The notes under the pieces were generated by a model, which worked only from the letters and a program-made list of their open reading frames with translations, was not told the DNA's origin and searched no databases. The position numbers and the translations under genes were made by a program. Of a stretch of 47,151 bases of DNA, positions 35,986 through 47,151 are shown in pieces. Source of the stretch: Phoronis australis. Its lineage: Eukaryota > Animalia > Phoronida. The DNA lies in contig NMRA01000180.1 of the NCBI GenBank assembly GCA_002633005.1, positions 323,699-370,849 of the forward strand, in the 5' to 3' direction. How positions within the stretch are numbered: the stretch's first letter is position 1; each line of letters opens with the position of its first letter.

Positions 35986-38159
35986 CTGATTTACACCACT
36001 TCCCATTATAAACCTGAGTTGAGTTACGTAGATGCAATAATCTCGCGTAGGAAGTTTGAGTGATCAAGTGCTTCCTTGTAAACATGGCGATATCTCTCTG
36101 GCTGGCGAGGGCTTGCGTGATCTGGCGTTTTGGCGGGGTTCCCGCGTCTACGGAACACACGCCTGGTCTCAGCTTGTTTCTTATTCAGGCGAGAAGTGGT
36201 TTCGTGGTCTTCGAAATAACTGACAGTTATGCTTAAGACATTGTTAGGCACATAAAATGACTCGCTGTTACAAACCAATTTGTTGAACCCAGTCTCAGGT
36301 AGTAACGAATAGCCGAATGTCTACAAGACCAAAGATCGCCTCAAATTTGAGTAAGGAACAAGATGAGATTAATTCATAATGGTAATAGTCTAAATAAACT
36401 AGTAAACTGTTTAACTGAAGGCGGGTTCGTGACAAATTTTAATTCGGCCTCACCACGGAATGGTGGTTTAGCATTATTTTTAAAAGTACAGGCAATGCTG
36501 CTTTTACGTGTTACAAATTTCTGGGGTAATTGAATGTGATGTCGACCTGCATGCAAATTAAACCACGTTGTATGAAATGACGTTTACAAAATTAAAACCA
36601 CAACAAGGGGAATACATTTAAGAATATTGTAATTAATATGGTACTTCCGCTCATCCGTATTCAAAATTTCGGCTAAACGATAGAAACACGTCATTAAATG
36701 GACGCAGCTGCCATTGTTGCTGCGTTAAAATGTTATTTTGTAGCGGTTATTGTGTTTCAACAAAGCTTATCATCTTAGAATTGTTGTCCAAGAGAGAATA
36801 CACTTTTTGTTATTACCATTGTGGGATTCCAACACAACTGGTGGTTGGTTGTAATTTTGTGAATTTGCATCGCTCAATACGATACTTGAATTATTTTATG
36901 TGCCGTGGATAGCATAGGGAGAATGCATTAAATACGTGTAGGTTATTTTCTTCGAGGTTAAAAAATTTATTTGATACGAAAAATGATTCAATTAATACTT
37001 GTACTTGATGCCACAAACATTTATAATTCATAAGAATTACACGAGAACCTTAGAACGTTAACAATTGGGATTCTCTTATTATTTTGTATTTCTTAATCGT
37101 CGAAAATGTTTGTTGTTTTCGTTCAAACGAGAGAGCGAAATACCCAGATTCCAAGTTTCATTTTTGTAAGACCCGAGAAAATTGTCCAAATTTGACTAAC
37201 TTCGGAGCTTCGTATCTCAGAAAAGGATGATCGCATTCTCGAAACTTTTTGCAAAGTTCTCCATCACGCTTTTAGAAAGTGTTTTTAAAATGTGTCACTT
37301 TTGTCTGAGGGACGAGCATAAAACAAGACTGATATAACAAAATTGAGGAAATCTCGAAAGTAAGTTGCATAGAAAACTGCAATAATATTTCGATGATTTC
37401 ATCTCGGAACATTCATGTCGAGTGAAATTTAATCATGCTGATAATACAGTTGTTTCCGTGAATGCATTGCACACGGTCACGTGATCCAGTTAACGACAGA
37501 ATCGTATGTAAGCTATCAATCAAAGTCTACAGGATTTCTGCTTTAGCCTTCTAGATATTTGCCTAAATGCACAGGCTTGTCAATAATATTTTACTTAACC
37601 CTAACACGTGTCTACACATAAATATGCGAATGCTTTTTAAATGATTGATGGGTTTTAAAAATATAGTTGTTTTGCTAAAATTGATTATATCACATTAATA
37701 TAAAGATTTTATCATTGTTTGTCTGTGGCATATCATTCTATGTGACTTGGAAGTGAACATGAGGAAACAAAAGCAAAAGTAGTTCACCTCCACGTATTAC
37801 AACTGTTGTACAGGCGCCTTCGACTCTGGTTGGTGTAATCCAGACACAATACAAAAATATGGACAAATAAAGACTTCAAACATGAAAGGAAATAGTTTCG
37901 AAGTATCGCAGTATAAATTTTTTTTGCTAGGATTTATTTCAGAAACAATCATAAATTTTGAAATTCGTCACTTTTCTCAGGAAATTTCCGGTGTTTATTC
38001 ACTTCATTTCTTTAAAAGGACATTTTATCAGTGAAAGTAATCTGGCTACTTGCTCATTTGTAAGCATTTCCACTAACATTTATTTGAGCGATTTTGTAGA
38101 TAACTTTCCACTAGTCATTTGCATCGACAGAAGCTTGTACTTCTCTCACTGAAAAAAAG

Positions 38160-38520
38160 ATTTGACTTTAAAACACGCTTGCCTCCAATCCTTCACATTA
38201 TGTTCATGAATCAGTGCTCACCTACTCCGTAGACCGTGGATTCTGTTAGTTACAGTGTTGGGAGGTACATAATGGCCGATGATTAGTAACATTCCCTTTC
38301 TCTTAACCATCAAAGGAACACGTAATAACGGTACGCTTACCAGCAAAGATTTCCTCAGGCCAATTCCAAAGCTCTCGCACGGGTTCTTACCGTAAATCAA
38401 GACCACATCTTGCAGGGACTTTATTATTTAACCCAAAGCGGTACTTGAGACAATCAGTTCTAACCCCACTTCATGCAGAGAACGTCTGAGTGGTTATCGA
38501 ACATGCCAAAAGCTTTAATT
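38160..38520 (-). mobile_element. Degraded LINE (L2/CR1-like) endonuclease fragment
   Basis: DNHSDVLCM, FGIGLRKSL and LIIGHYVPPN resemble the APE motifs PDILC, GGV and IG.YRPP. Confidence 0.4.
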
Positions 38521-41500
38521 GCTCTGCTAAGTACAATGGCCAGATTTGATTCATCAACGGGTCAAAAAATGGATACGATCTACCAGTACCTACAAATCTT
38601 TTAGATTTAAAAATCCATTGTTTATCCATGATCTAATTCTTGTTTACATATAATGCCAGTAGCCGTTAAAGTTTCTTTTGCAACTTTAATTTGTGTACCG
38701 GAAATTGTCGTAACTGGGTCATAGCGGATTCACGGAAATCTTTGAATGTCATGGGGCGGTGTACAAGCCAATTAAAAAAGCTCCCAGAGCGACGGGAATT
38801 ACAACGAGCAACTCGGGGTTAACATGTACCCGACCTTCATATAAGGGAGAGCAGAAAGAGGTCCAGTGAAAATTCCTTAAAATATGGTCACCCTAATTCA
38901 GGAGTTTCTTTTCCAAGTAATGGGTACGGGTGCCTCCGCAAGCTCAAAGTTCAGACCAACACGGATAATTAGGAATTCGTGAAATTGGTGAAAACCTTAT
39001 CGGAAATAACACCACTTTCGCCTACTCCACCCGGTCGTACAAAAATACGCGGGCATACTGCCATTCGAGTTGGTGTAGCCGGTTCCTGCAAACCATTCGT
39101 ACGTTAGAGTACCTCCGTTTCCAAACCACAAAATTCTTTTAAATTTTACCCCGGTATTTGGTCCTTTAAATGTTTGCATTTTCAGTGCTTGGGCTGAACC
39201 GGAAATATTATGAGACTGGTTCTGTGAGAGTAAAAGACTCAATCCCATTATCGTTTTTAGCAAGCTAAACAGAGTAACTGTAGACGAAAAAATCACCCAT
39301 GGTGAGCACTTTCTGTCGCAATGAAAGCGCCCATTTTCGTGAGTCGCACTTACGGAAATTCTATATGGACTCGTTTTTAACTGATCAACTTGGCTTACAA
39401 TTTAACACAAAGCGATTAGTCTTTTGTTGACATAAATCACCCGTGTTCACTCTCAAAGCAGTAGTTTGTAGTCAAAACAATGGTATTTTAAGTTCGGAAT
39501 TGCACATTTTTTAAAGTTAACTGTAAGCACTTAAAACTATTTTGTCTATAAAAGAATGTCAAACATGATCCGAGTGCTCAGTTATATGCGTTTTCGCTAA
39601 CTAAGATAGCTTCACCTTCGATTGAAATCATTCATAAGTACCCCAGACAATACCCAGAACTGGTTAAAGTTAAATATACCTGACTGGAGCATATCATGTA
39701 TTTCAAGTCCGTGCTTTCGGAGGTTGTAATAGACTTATACCTATATAACACGGTTTCTCCCTAATGTTGTCGTGTAGAAAGCGTCTTTACCGCATTCATT
39801 AATTGGAATTCGAAAATTCTATGAAGCATGACTACTTACCGGTGTAAAAAAATCCCAGACTTATCAGTGCTTATACTTTGTGTAGAGTATCGCTTTCTTC
39901 ACTTTTCAATCCTTGCGGCTTCAAAAAGACTTAATGGCCCTGCGCACGTATCATTTGTAATTGCAATGGCGCAGTACAGTGTCAGGATACAGTCTGGAAA
40001 GCTTGAATGAAATTGAACAGAGTGAAATAAAAATGACTGAATTCAAAATGTCGCTACGACGTGCCAGCCCCAGTTGAACTAAGCTCGGAATCGAAAAAAA
40101 CGCTGAGCTCCAATGTCCCTATGTTTATACCTAAAAGCTATATTCAGTTTGTTAGCTTTCTTTTTATACGTCAAATCGTAAACTGAAAAACCACTAAAAA
40201 CTAACTTGTGGTCACATAATATGGTTCGTTTTCGTACGTGTCTACATGAATCTTCGAGATGGTGTCTAAAATCGCACGCAACAATTTGTGGTATGTCGCC
40301 ACCGGCTACAAGACAACGTTACTATCTGAACAAAGACATAGTAGAATGTTGTTTTAGTTATGATATTGTTGAAATAGTCAGCGAATAAAAAGGGTATACT
40401 ACATATAATATTTTGAATTATTATTGAGCATTTTTAAAGGGCAATAATGCCATTAATTTCATGAGTGTTTTAAAGGTACATTAGTGGCAAGAAAAGTATT
40501 TCCCTGGAGCGGAATGGAACGTGAACCTCCTGGGGTCGCAGCCGAACGCTGTGCTGTCGAAGCTGAAGTCCAAGACAAGCACTAGTTACCTGGCGATTTG
40601 TAATAAAATCACAAAAAAACAACGGATTTTGTTATTTCATAGCTCTACTCAAAGCTTATAACTCCAAAGAGTCTATTCAAAAATAACACCAAAAAAAATA
40701 TGTTTTTCGGTTGGCAAAACCTACAATGTCCCTTCAACGATCACAACGGTAGTCAATTCTCGTCATTTCTGTTAGTAGTCTTGACACAACAAAATTAAAT
40801 TTGAGAATTCACGAATAAAAAATTACGAACTCACGTCTTTCGAATGGTAGCTTACTTCGGGTTTTTGGATGTGATAACCGTGGAAAACTCTCAATTTACT
40901 ATTCGCCATACCTCTTCCCTCTTGGATCTTTGGTCATTTATTGTTGCGTTGAACTTGTCCATTTTAAGCTTACTGAAATGCCGTGTCTTCTTTAATTTAG
41001 GTACTATAGAATTCGGCTCAGTCTTACTTGAACTGACCTGCACTTTGTGAGTTTAAAAGTTATCAGTTCTGAAAAACTGGCCTTACATTGTCTTTACATT
41101 TGTGTGGTACCTGGTAGTTAGAGACATTTTGACGTCATCCACTCAACGTCATAGTGATGCGTTCACTTGGCACGCGACCTTCTTTTAGACACTGCAGTGC
41201 TCAGTCCCGCTAAAATTCTCAAGTGTTAGCGAAAATTCTTGCTTAATTTCATCCCCACGAAGGTTCTTAAATGTGGTTCACGATGCAAGTAGGCTAGGCT
41301 TGCCTACTTTTTTCGAAAGTTTTTTCTTAAAAATTTTAGTGTAACGCTGACTAGTTAGGCATTATTGTGGAACGGGCCTCTGGTAGAAAATTTGCTCTGG
41401 ATTTGCACAAAGCGAATTAAGGTGATGTGAAACTGAAGTCTGTTCCATTGCAAAATATACGAATGATGTTTGAAAATGTATGTTATTACATGTTTTGATA

Positions 41501-43061
41501 TTCATGTTAAAGCATGCCGTGGATAGCAAAGGTATTGTACCCTTCACTACGCCTCCTAGCACAGTATGTTGGGCGCACGCAGCTTCCGCTAAGTGCGAAT
41601 GTGAAATCAGTGACGTAACCACTAAGTAATATAATTTTGAAATAGGGTTTAGTCCAGTTAAAACAAGACTATACCCTTGCAAAGACTTCGAGCGGCTTTG
41701 TCTTTGACCTCTTTGATACGACTGTGTTTCATAAATTACTGTCAATGGGTCCACGTGGCAGCTTGAAAACAATTACTTAACTGTAACATCTTAGCAACAT
41801 TCAGATTATTTTTTGTCATGAAAAACCGAGGCCCCCTTCAGAACTCCTGTCACCTGGGCAGCCACTTTCACCGAGTCTTTCGGCACTGCTAAAACATGAA
41901 AAATCTACTGTTTTGACTTAGATATTTTATGATGAGCTGACTTCTGTATCATTTGGAAACTTGATTGTGATTGAATTTGATGGTATCATTACTCTCAGTA
42001 ATACGCAATACTTACAGTTAATGACCTGTGCAGTTTTCCAGTGTTTGCCTCTCTTTAACTCAGTGACTATTCAGTCATCTTGAAATGAATTAGTATTCGA
42101 AAACCTGCTGCCCTCGATCCTCCGGCTTATATTCACGTTATAATAGCTGAAACTTTCCGTTTAAAAATATAGACCGTCTCAGTAATACATGGTTTTGTTA
42201 AACTAAAGAGCGTAACATCGCTTAATATACCCACGCGTTGAAAAAGCCCCCGGTGCAAATGAAGTGAAATTGGTGGGAAGTGTTCAGTAATATGTTTCAG
42301 ATTTTAGATAATTTAATTTCTTAAGTTGAATGGTCGCTCCTCGGGAGAGCTTAGTCATCGCGATCTGCAAGCATTTTCACTGTGTCGCATGCACGGGAAC
42401 TGACTCCGACATACGTTCAATTGTGGTTAAAAAGCATAGCAGACGAACTCGCCCTAACTATTCCGAGAAAAGAAGAAAGTATATTCATTGTTACTGAACA
42501 AAATCGTGTTCTATTTTTCAAGTATTAACTCCCGGGTATCCGCGTTTCTCAACTTTACTGTGATGACCAAACTCAGGTTGCAATGCTGGAACTGGCAGGA
42601 AGGATACTGGTCCTGTTAGGTTACCATAGATATTTATATTCGTCTGGAGCGTCTTATGTGGCCTTGGTTTCATATTGGCCAAAGCTCGGCCACCGATTCT
42701 GCCCGCGATTGAGTTCCATTAGTCCGGATGCGGGATGCCTAACATTATCTGCGATTTTTATCGGATCACTGTGTTTTGTGGTTTTTGACGTCTACACTCG
42801 GCCGGGGCTTTCGATAATTTCCCGGCGACATTCACCCGACTGCCAGCCGATAAGACCATTTTCAGCTTCGTCCAGGCCCAAACTACAAAATGGTGCTGAT
42901 CAGATTAGCTATTTGAGGCTAGTGGTTACGGGAAACGAGACTGATGTGTTAGAATTCTGACACATTTTTACGGAAATCGCCGGAATATCACGAGTGATAT
43001 AGTTTTGAAAATTTCTGCAGTTTTATATAAAAATGAAAACTAATTGCAATGCAGCAATTTA

Positions 43062-43238
43062 CAGTGGCGGATTCAAGTTAGGGGGAAGGGGTGTAGTGGG
43101 GGTCAAGGGGGACATGCCCCCCTAAAATTCTTCCAGGTTCCATTTGGCAGTTCGGGGGTGCGAATGTATGTCTGACGGGCAAAATCCAGGCTAATACTCT
43201 GCCCTGCCCCCCAATTCAAAATCCTGGATCCGACCCTG
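43062..43238 (-). mobile_element. hAT-like MITE (5-bp TSD family), inverted copy
   Basis: Ends CAGTGGCGGATTC / GGATCCGACCCTG, perfect ATTTA TSD. Confidence 0.9.
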
Positions 43239-44612
43239 ATTTAGGTATAAATGTATTTTGATTCGAAAACAGATTAATTTCAAAAAACTTTTAGTAAACA
43301 AGAATTGAAATTAAGTACGTGAACAACCCCTATTTCAAGGAATAACCAAAGTGCTTCATCAATGGCAGCAACAACGCCTGTGACAGTAATTAAAATCTGA
43401 CTTAGTTATAAACCAAGGCAGCGGTCAATCATTGCACAGAAGATAATTCCCATAACCAAGCTTCAGAGCCATTTTTCAGCCGGAAGCCGATGTGTCAAAC
43501 TCCGGAAACTGGGCACTACTTTTCAAATGCGAAAGTATGAGGCAAGTCATAATGATTAGCCTAGTGGCGAACCAGAACACGCCTTGGCTTGGTTTCAGTT
43601 TTGTATTTTTGCATAAGTATTCAATTTCAAATTAGCTTGTGCAAAACAGGGCACTATTAGTTTAATAGCTGTCTCACGGCAAGATCAAATCTAGCCAAAA
43701 TAACGCGCTCTCGTTGAGAATACACGTCGATATCTCTACTGCTGTGTATTTTCAATGAAAGTACGTGATTTTGGCTAAATTTTTTTTCGCCAGGAGGCAG
43801 GTATTGAACTCTACCCAGGTGTGCCCGACTAGTGAACTCCTGCTGTTTGCGTGTACATCTAGTTTAGGTGTCACTGGCGAGAGTTCAGAACTGAAGACGA
43901 TATCTCTCATGAAAGTGTTTTCGTATTCACGAAAGCGTTCTTTGCGCATGCCTAAGGGCCGCTCATACTAACTGAAGAGGACAGAGACCACACCGCATCA
44001 AACACAGGTTGAAATAACAGACATATTATAACAAATCAAAAGACAATACTTTTGGGGAAATCCCATAAATCAATAAATTATAAGCATTTTAAAATAGCAC
44101 TCTGTATTTGAAGTTTTTCCGACGAAGAATAAAGTTGACGCCCAGCTACCGCGGATCAGAGCTTGACGATACCAAATTTATCAGTAGGCCTATACTTAAA
44201 ATGATTTAAAATGTGTCTTTTTTCTAATGAAATAATTTTCGATGAACAGTGAATGATACAACTTTGTTTTTCAATAATGGTAAATAGGAGACGATGGATA
44301 CGTCAAATTTTCAGCAAAGTAACTTACTTTTCCCGGCGCACTTCAATGAGTTTTAACGAGTCAGATTGTATTCCAAAATGCTGACCCTTTTAGCACGATA
44401 GAGTCGTGTCTTTAAAATGCAAACATGTTTACTTGTGTAACTATAGACGGTCTTAAGAAGCTACGGTCTAGCAACGAAAACGACCACTAGGCGGCGATAA
44501 ATCGCGCGAGTTCTTCTGTGTTGGGAAATACAATTTAGAAACACACGGCGGTGGACATTTTTGTTTTTCTGTTTCTCATTTCTCGTAGTTGAAGCTTTTG
44601 ACAAAATTAAAC

Positions 44613-44715
44613 ATGCAGGACATCGTTGCAAGTGTAGAAAATGTAACTTTTGACATAGAAATTGCGCTGGAGCAGCAATTAGGAGCGGTTCCGCTCCCTT
44701 TTCCTGGAATGGATA
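44613..44715 (+). CDS. CPSF4: Cleavage and polyadenylation specificity factor subunit 4 (CPSF30), coding exon 1
   Basis: MQDIVASVENVTFDIEIALEQQLGAVPLPFPGMD matches the conserved CPSF4 N-terminus; donor A|GTAAGT, phase 1. Confidence 0.97.
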
Positions 44716-44862
44716 GTAAGTTATCAGGTTGTCGGCCAAATCTCGAGTCGAAATTCGACTCGAATGAAGTCGAAGACTTGAAGTACAAAACATGTATCTG
44801 GGGCACCCGCTTACTGTCTGCCCTGTCTGTAAACGACCTAGCTATGTTAACCGATCTCTGAA

Positions 44863-45454
44863 GTGGTTATTTTTTACAATCCGACTCCGTTAACGTACAT
44901 ACTTGATACTACTATTTTCTGATTCCTCTAGTCATGGTGTTTCCAAAATGTATCGCTTGTACTGATTCAGTGATTGGTGGATTATTATTCACAATTTCTG
45001 AGTTTTCCAAAACGTTCATTTGCAATGCGGATTTTTAAAAGTGGGAAACTGTCGGCAGGATTGATAACTAACGGAGATGTCAAGTGTTTTCGAGGAAACA
45101 CGCTCATGTTTTTTCTATTGAAGTTTTGAAGAGGAAATCCTTTATAAATGACTATTACTGTTTTTTACTGAGAGTTTCCCTAACATGCCACGCGGTATCT
45201 TCTAGCCAATTTTGGGGTCTTTTTGACACACGCATGATCATTGTAGTTATCATTCCTGCTGACAGGTGTCGCAGTTTTATAATGGCGGTCACTCAAGAAC
45301 ACCTCGTAAAAACGGTGAATGCATGAATAAAAAGAGCCTAATCGGTATGAGTAATGCATTTTTGGAATCACCATGATCACCCTGACGAGAGGATTCAGAA
45401 AATATTAATATCAAGTATGTACGTTAATGGAGTCGGATTGTAAATAATAACCGC
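44863..45454. mobile_element. Non-autonomous DNA transposon (MITE) in CPSF4 intron 1
   Basis: About 45-bp TIRs GGTTATT..TTACAATCCGACTCCGTTAACGTACATACTTGATA / TATCAAGTATGTACGTTAATGGAGTCGGATTGTAA..AATAACC. Confidence 0.75.
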
Positions 45455-46937
45455 GTCCACTATGTATGTATTTTTTTAAACCTGTTATAGTTGTTCTCTT
45501 TTTTGTTGATCTTCATTGTTATACACATAGTGTACCTAATTATTACTATTCCTAAATATCGGGCATTTCACAAAATCTTACTTGAAGCCTAATCTGAGAA
45601 TTAAATGACAACAATTTTTGTTCTGCTCTAACGCATTCAATGTCCGGCACCGTCTCGTTTTTTTGCAGCGTTGCCTCGTTTTGATTTCACCGAGAGAGGG
45701 TGAAGTTTAGACCCCCAAGTCGGCCTAAAATGGACGATCGCATGAATCGGTTATAAAAGTTGAAAACAAAATCTTTTTCCACAATGAAATCATCTCATTG
45801 AACTGGCAATATGTTACTGTTTCATTTTTTCATGCGCTTTCAAACTCAAGTCAAACCCCGGCACGCACGTGCGGGTGTCATACCAAGAAGGCAAAGAGAT
45901 ACTAAAAACTGCAGTGAGTTTGCACGTGCTTTATTCGTCTGCACTGATTCATCGAAACGACTTGGGCCGTCATCAGATTTCACTTTATGGATAACTTTGT
46001 TGCGAATGGAGCTGTGTTCCAGCAGCATGTATGTCAAAACACTCAAGCTGAAATTTGGCAACAAGGTGCCCGCGGCCATTACTTGGTTAGTCAGTTTTCT
46101 GCGGTGTGGTGTATGGGGAAACATGGTGTCCGATATTTAGGTTCTCCGAGGGTTTGCTCGTTGTTTTTTTAAAGATCAATCAGAACATAAATGTGGCTTT
46201 CAGTGACAAGATATAATAACAGAACAATTCTGTAAAGGTAAGTCTTTCTTACAGCAAAAAATGTGGCAAAACGTCTGATAATTAGGTCACTTGACTGTAC
46301 AGTGACATAATACTCTGCTTCTGGTCTGGAGAGAGAGTGTGGTCACTTAACCAAGAACTTTGTGACATTTGCACGCTCCTTTTGCTAACTTTTTGCGACA
46401 TCTCTCGGGAGCAATATTTGCTCGGAAATTTGGTTTGCTGGTATTAAAATACCAGAAATTTATTATGGAGTGGAAACAGTTCCGATAATTTGTTGTGACA
46501 TGTACGCAAGCTTATGCCGTCATGGTAGATGAACAGTTCATTGAAGAATTGGTGAAAAAAGAAACTGGTGAATAGGTGACGTTATAATTCATAGCGCTGA
46601 AAGCCGACTTGTGCTATTTTGGTATAATGACAATTTTTAGTGCAAATTTTGTTCACTCGTGCCATTAATTTTGTGTCATTTTTTACCTTTTTTACTGACA
46701 TCTGTACAAAGATGTTAATTTGTACAACTTTGCACTAAGGCTACACTGTGTTGAGGGGAAGATAATTATGTTCTCCATCCATATTTTGCTCATTGTTTCC
46801 CATTTGTTATTTAAAAGTACTGTAATTTATACGTACCTCGTAACAGGTCACGTGTATTTTAAGAATTGTGTGCGATGGAGTGTATTATTTCATCGCAGAA
46901 ATGTGTGCGTGGTGAGAGATATTTTTTCTTATTTCAG

Positions 46938-47141
46938 AGTCTGGTGCTGCCATTTGCATTTTCTACCGCAGAAATATGTGCATGCATGGTGCTGCTTGTC
47001 CGTACCGGCATGTGCGTGGCGACCGTGCGGTCGTGTGTAAGCATTGGCTACGAGGTCTGTGTAAAAAAGGTGATGATTGTGAGTTCTTACACGAGTATGA
47101 CATGACGAAGATGCCCGAATGTTACTTCTATCAAAGACATG
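46938..47141 (+). CDS. CPSF4: CPSF4 coding exon 2 (CCCH zinc fingers 1-2 and start of 3); gene continues past the window
   Basis: Acceptor TTATTTCAG; KSGAAICIFYRRNMCMHGAACPYRHVRGDRAVVCKHWLRGLCKKGDDCEFLHEYDMTKMPECYFYQRH; donor G|GTATGT. Confidence 0.97.
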
Positions 47142-47151
47142 GTATGTGCAT

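Noticed and set aside
41362-42960. ORFs of 136 and 125 aa
   Set aside because: No motifs and no consistent splice structure; likely chance ORFs or TE debris.
45811-46172. Overlapping ORFs in CPSF4 intron 1
   Set aside because: No recognisable domain, and CPSF4 exons 1 and 2 join in frame without them.

Overview
AT-rich, intron-containing eukaryotic DNA, most consistent with a marine invertebrate; species not identifiable from the sequence. Most track ORFs are spurious, and the real genes are spliced and were assembled by hand from GT/AG junctions with matching phases. (1) A complete 5-exon minus-strand gene (11469-21518, 235 aa) for a single-CRD type I TNF-receptor-like protein with BCMA/TACI-type cysteine spacing. 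(2) Exon 1 of a likely tandem paralog (936-1055) running off the left edge; both copies keep a heat-shock element and the same NF-kB decamer upstream of the ATG. (3) A dead duplicate of the TM exon, split by nested DNA transposons, whose intact acceptor could give a secreted decoy isoform. (4) A 3-exon GPI-anchored Ly6/uPAR (three-finger) gene (30844-33670, minus). (5) The first two coding exons of CPSF4 (44613-47141, plus). The rest is mostly DNA-transposon debris: hAT-like elements with 5- and 6-bp TSDs, Harbinger MITEs, a Tc1/mariner-type element, a Kolobok-like THAP remnant, a palindrome-array MITE, LINE fragments and tandem repeats, plus a 225-N gap.
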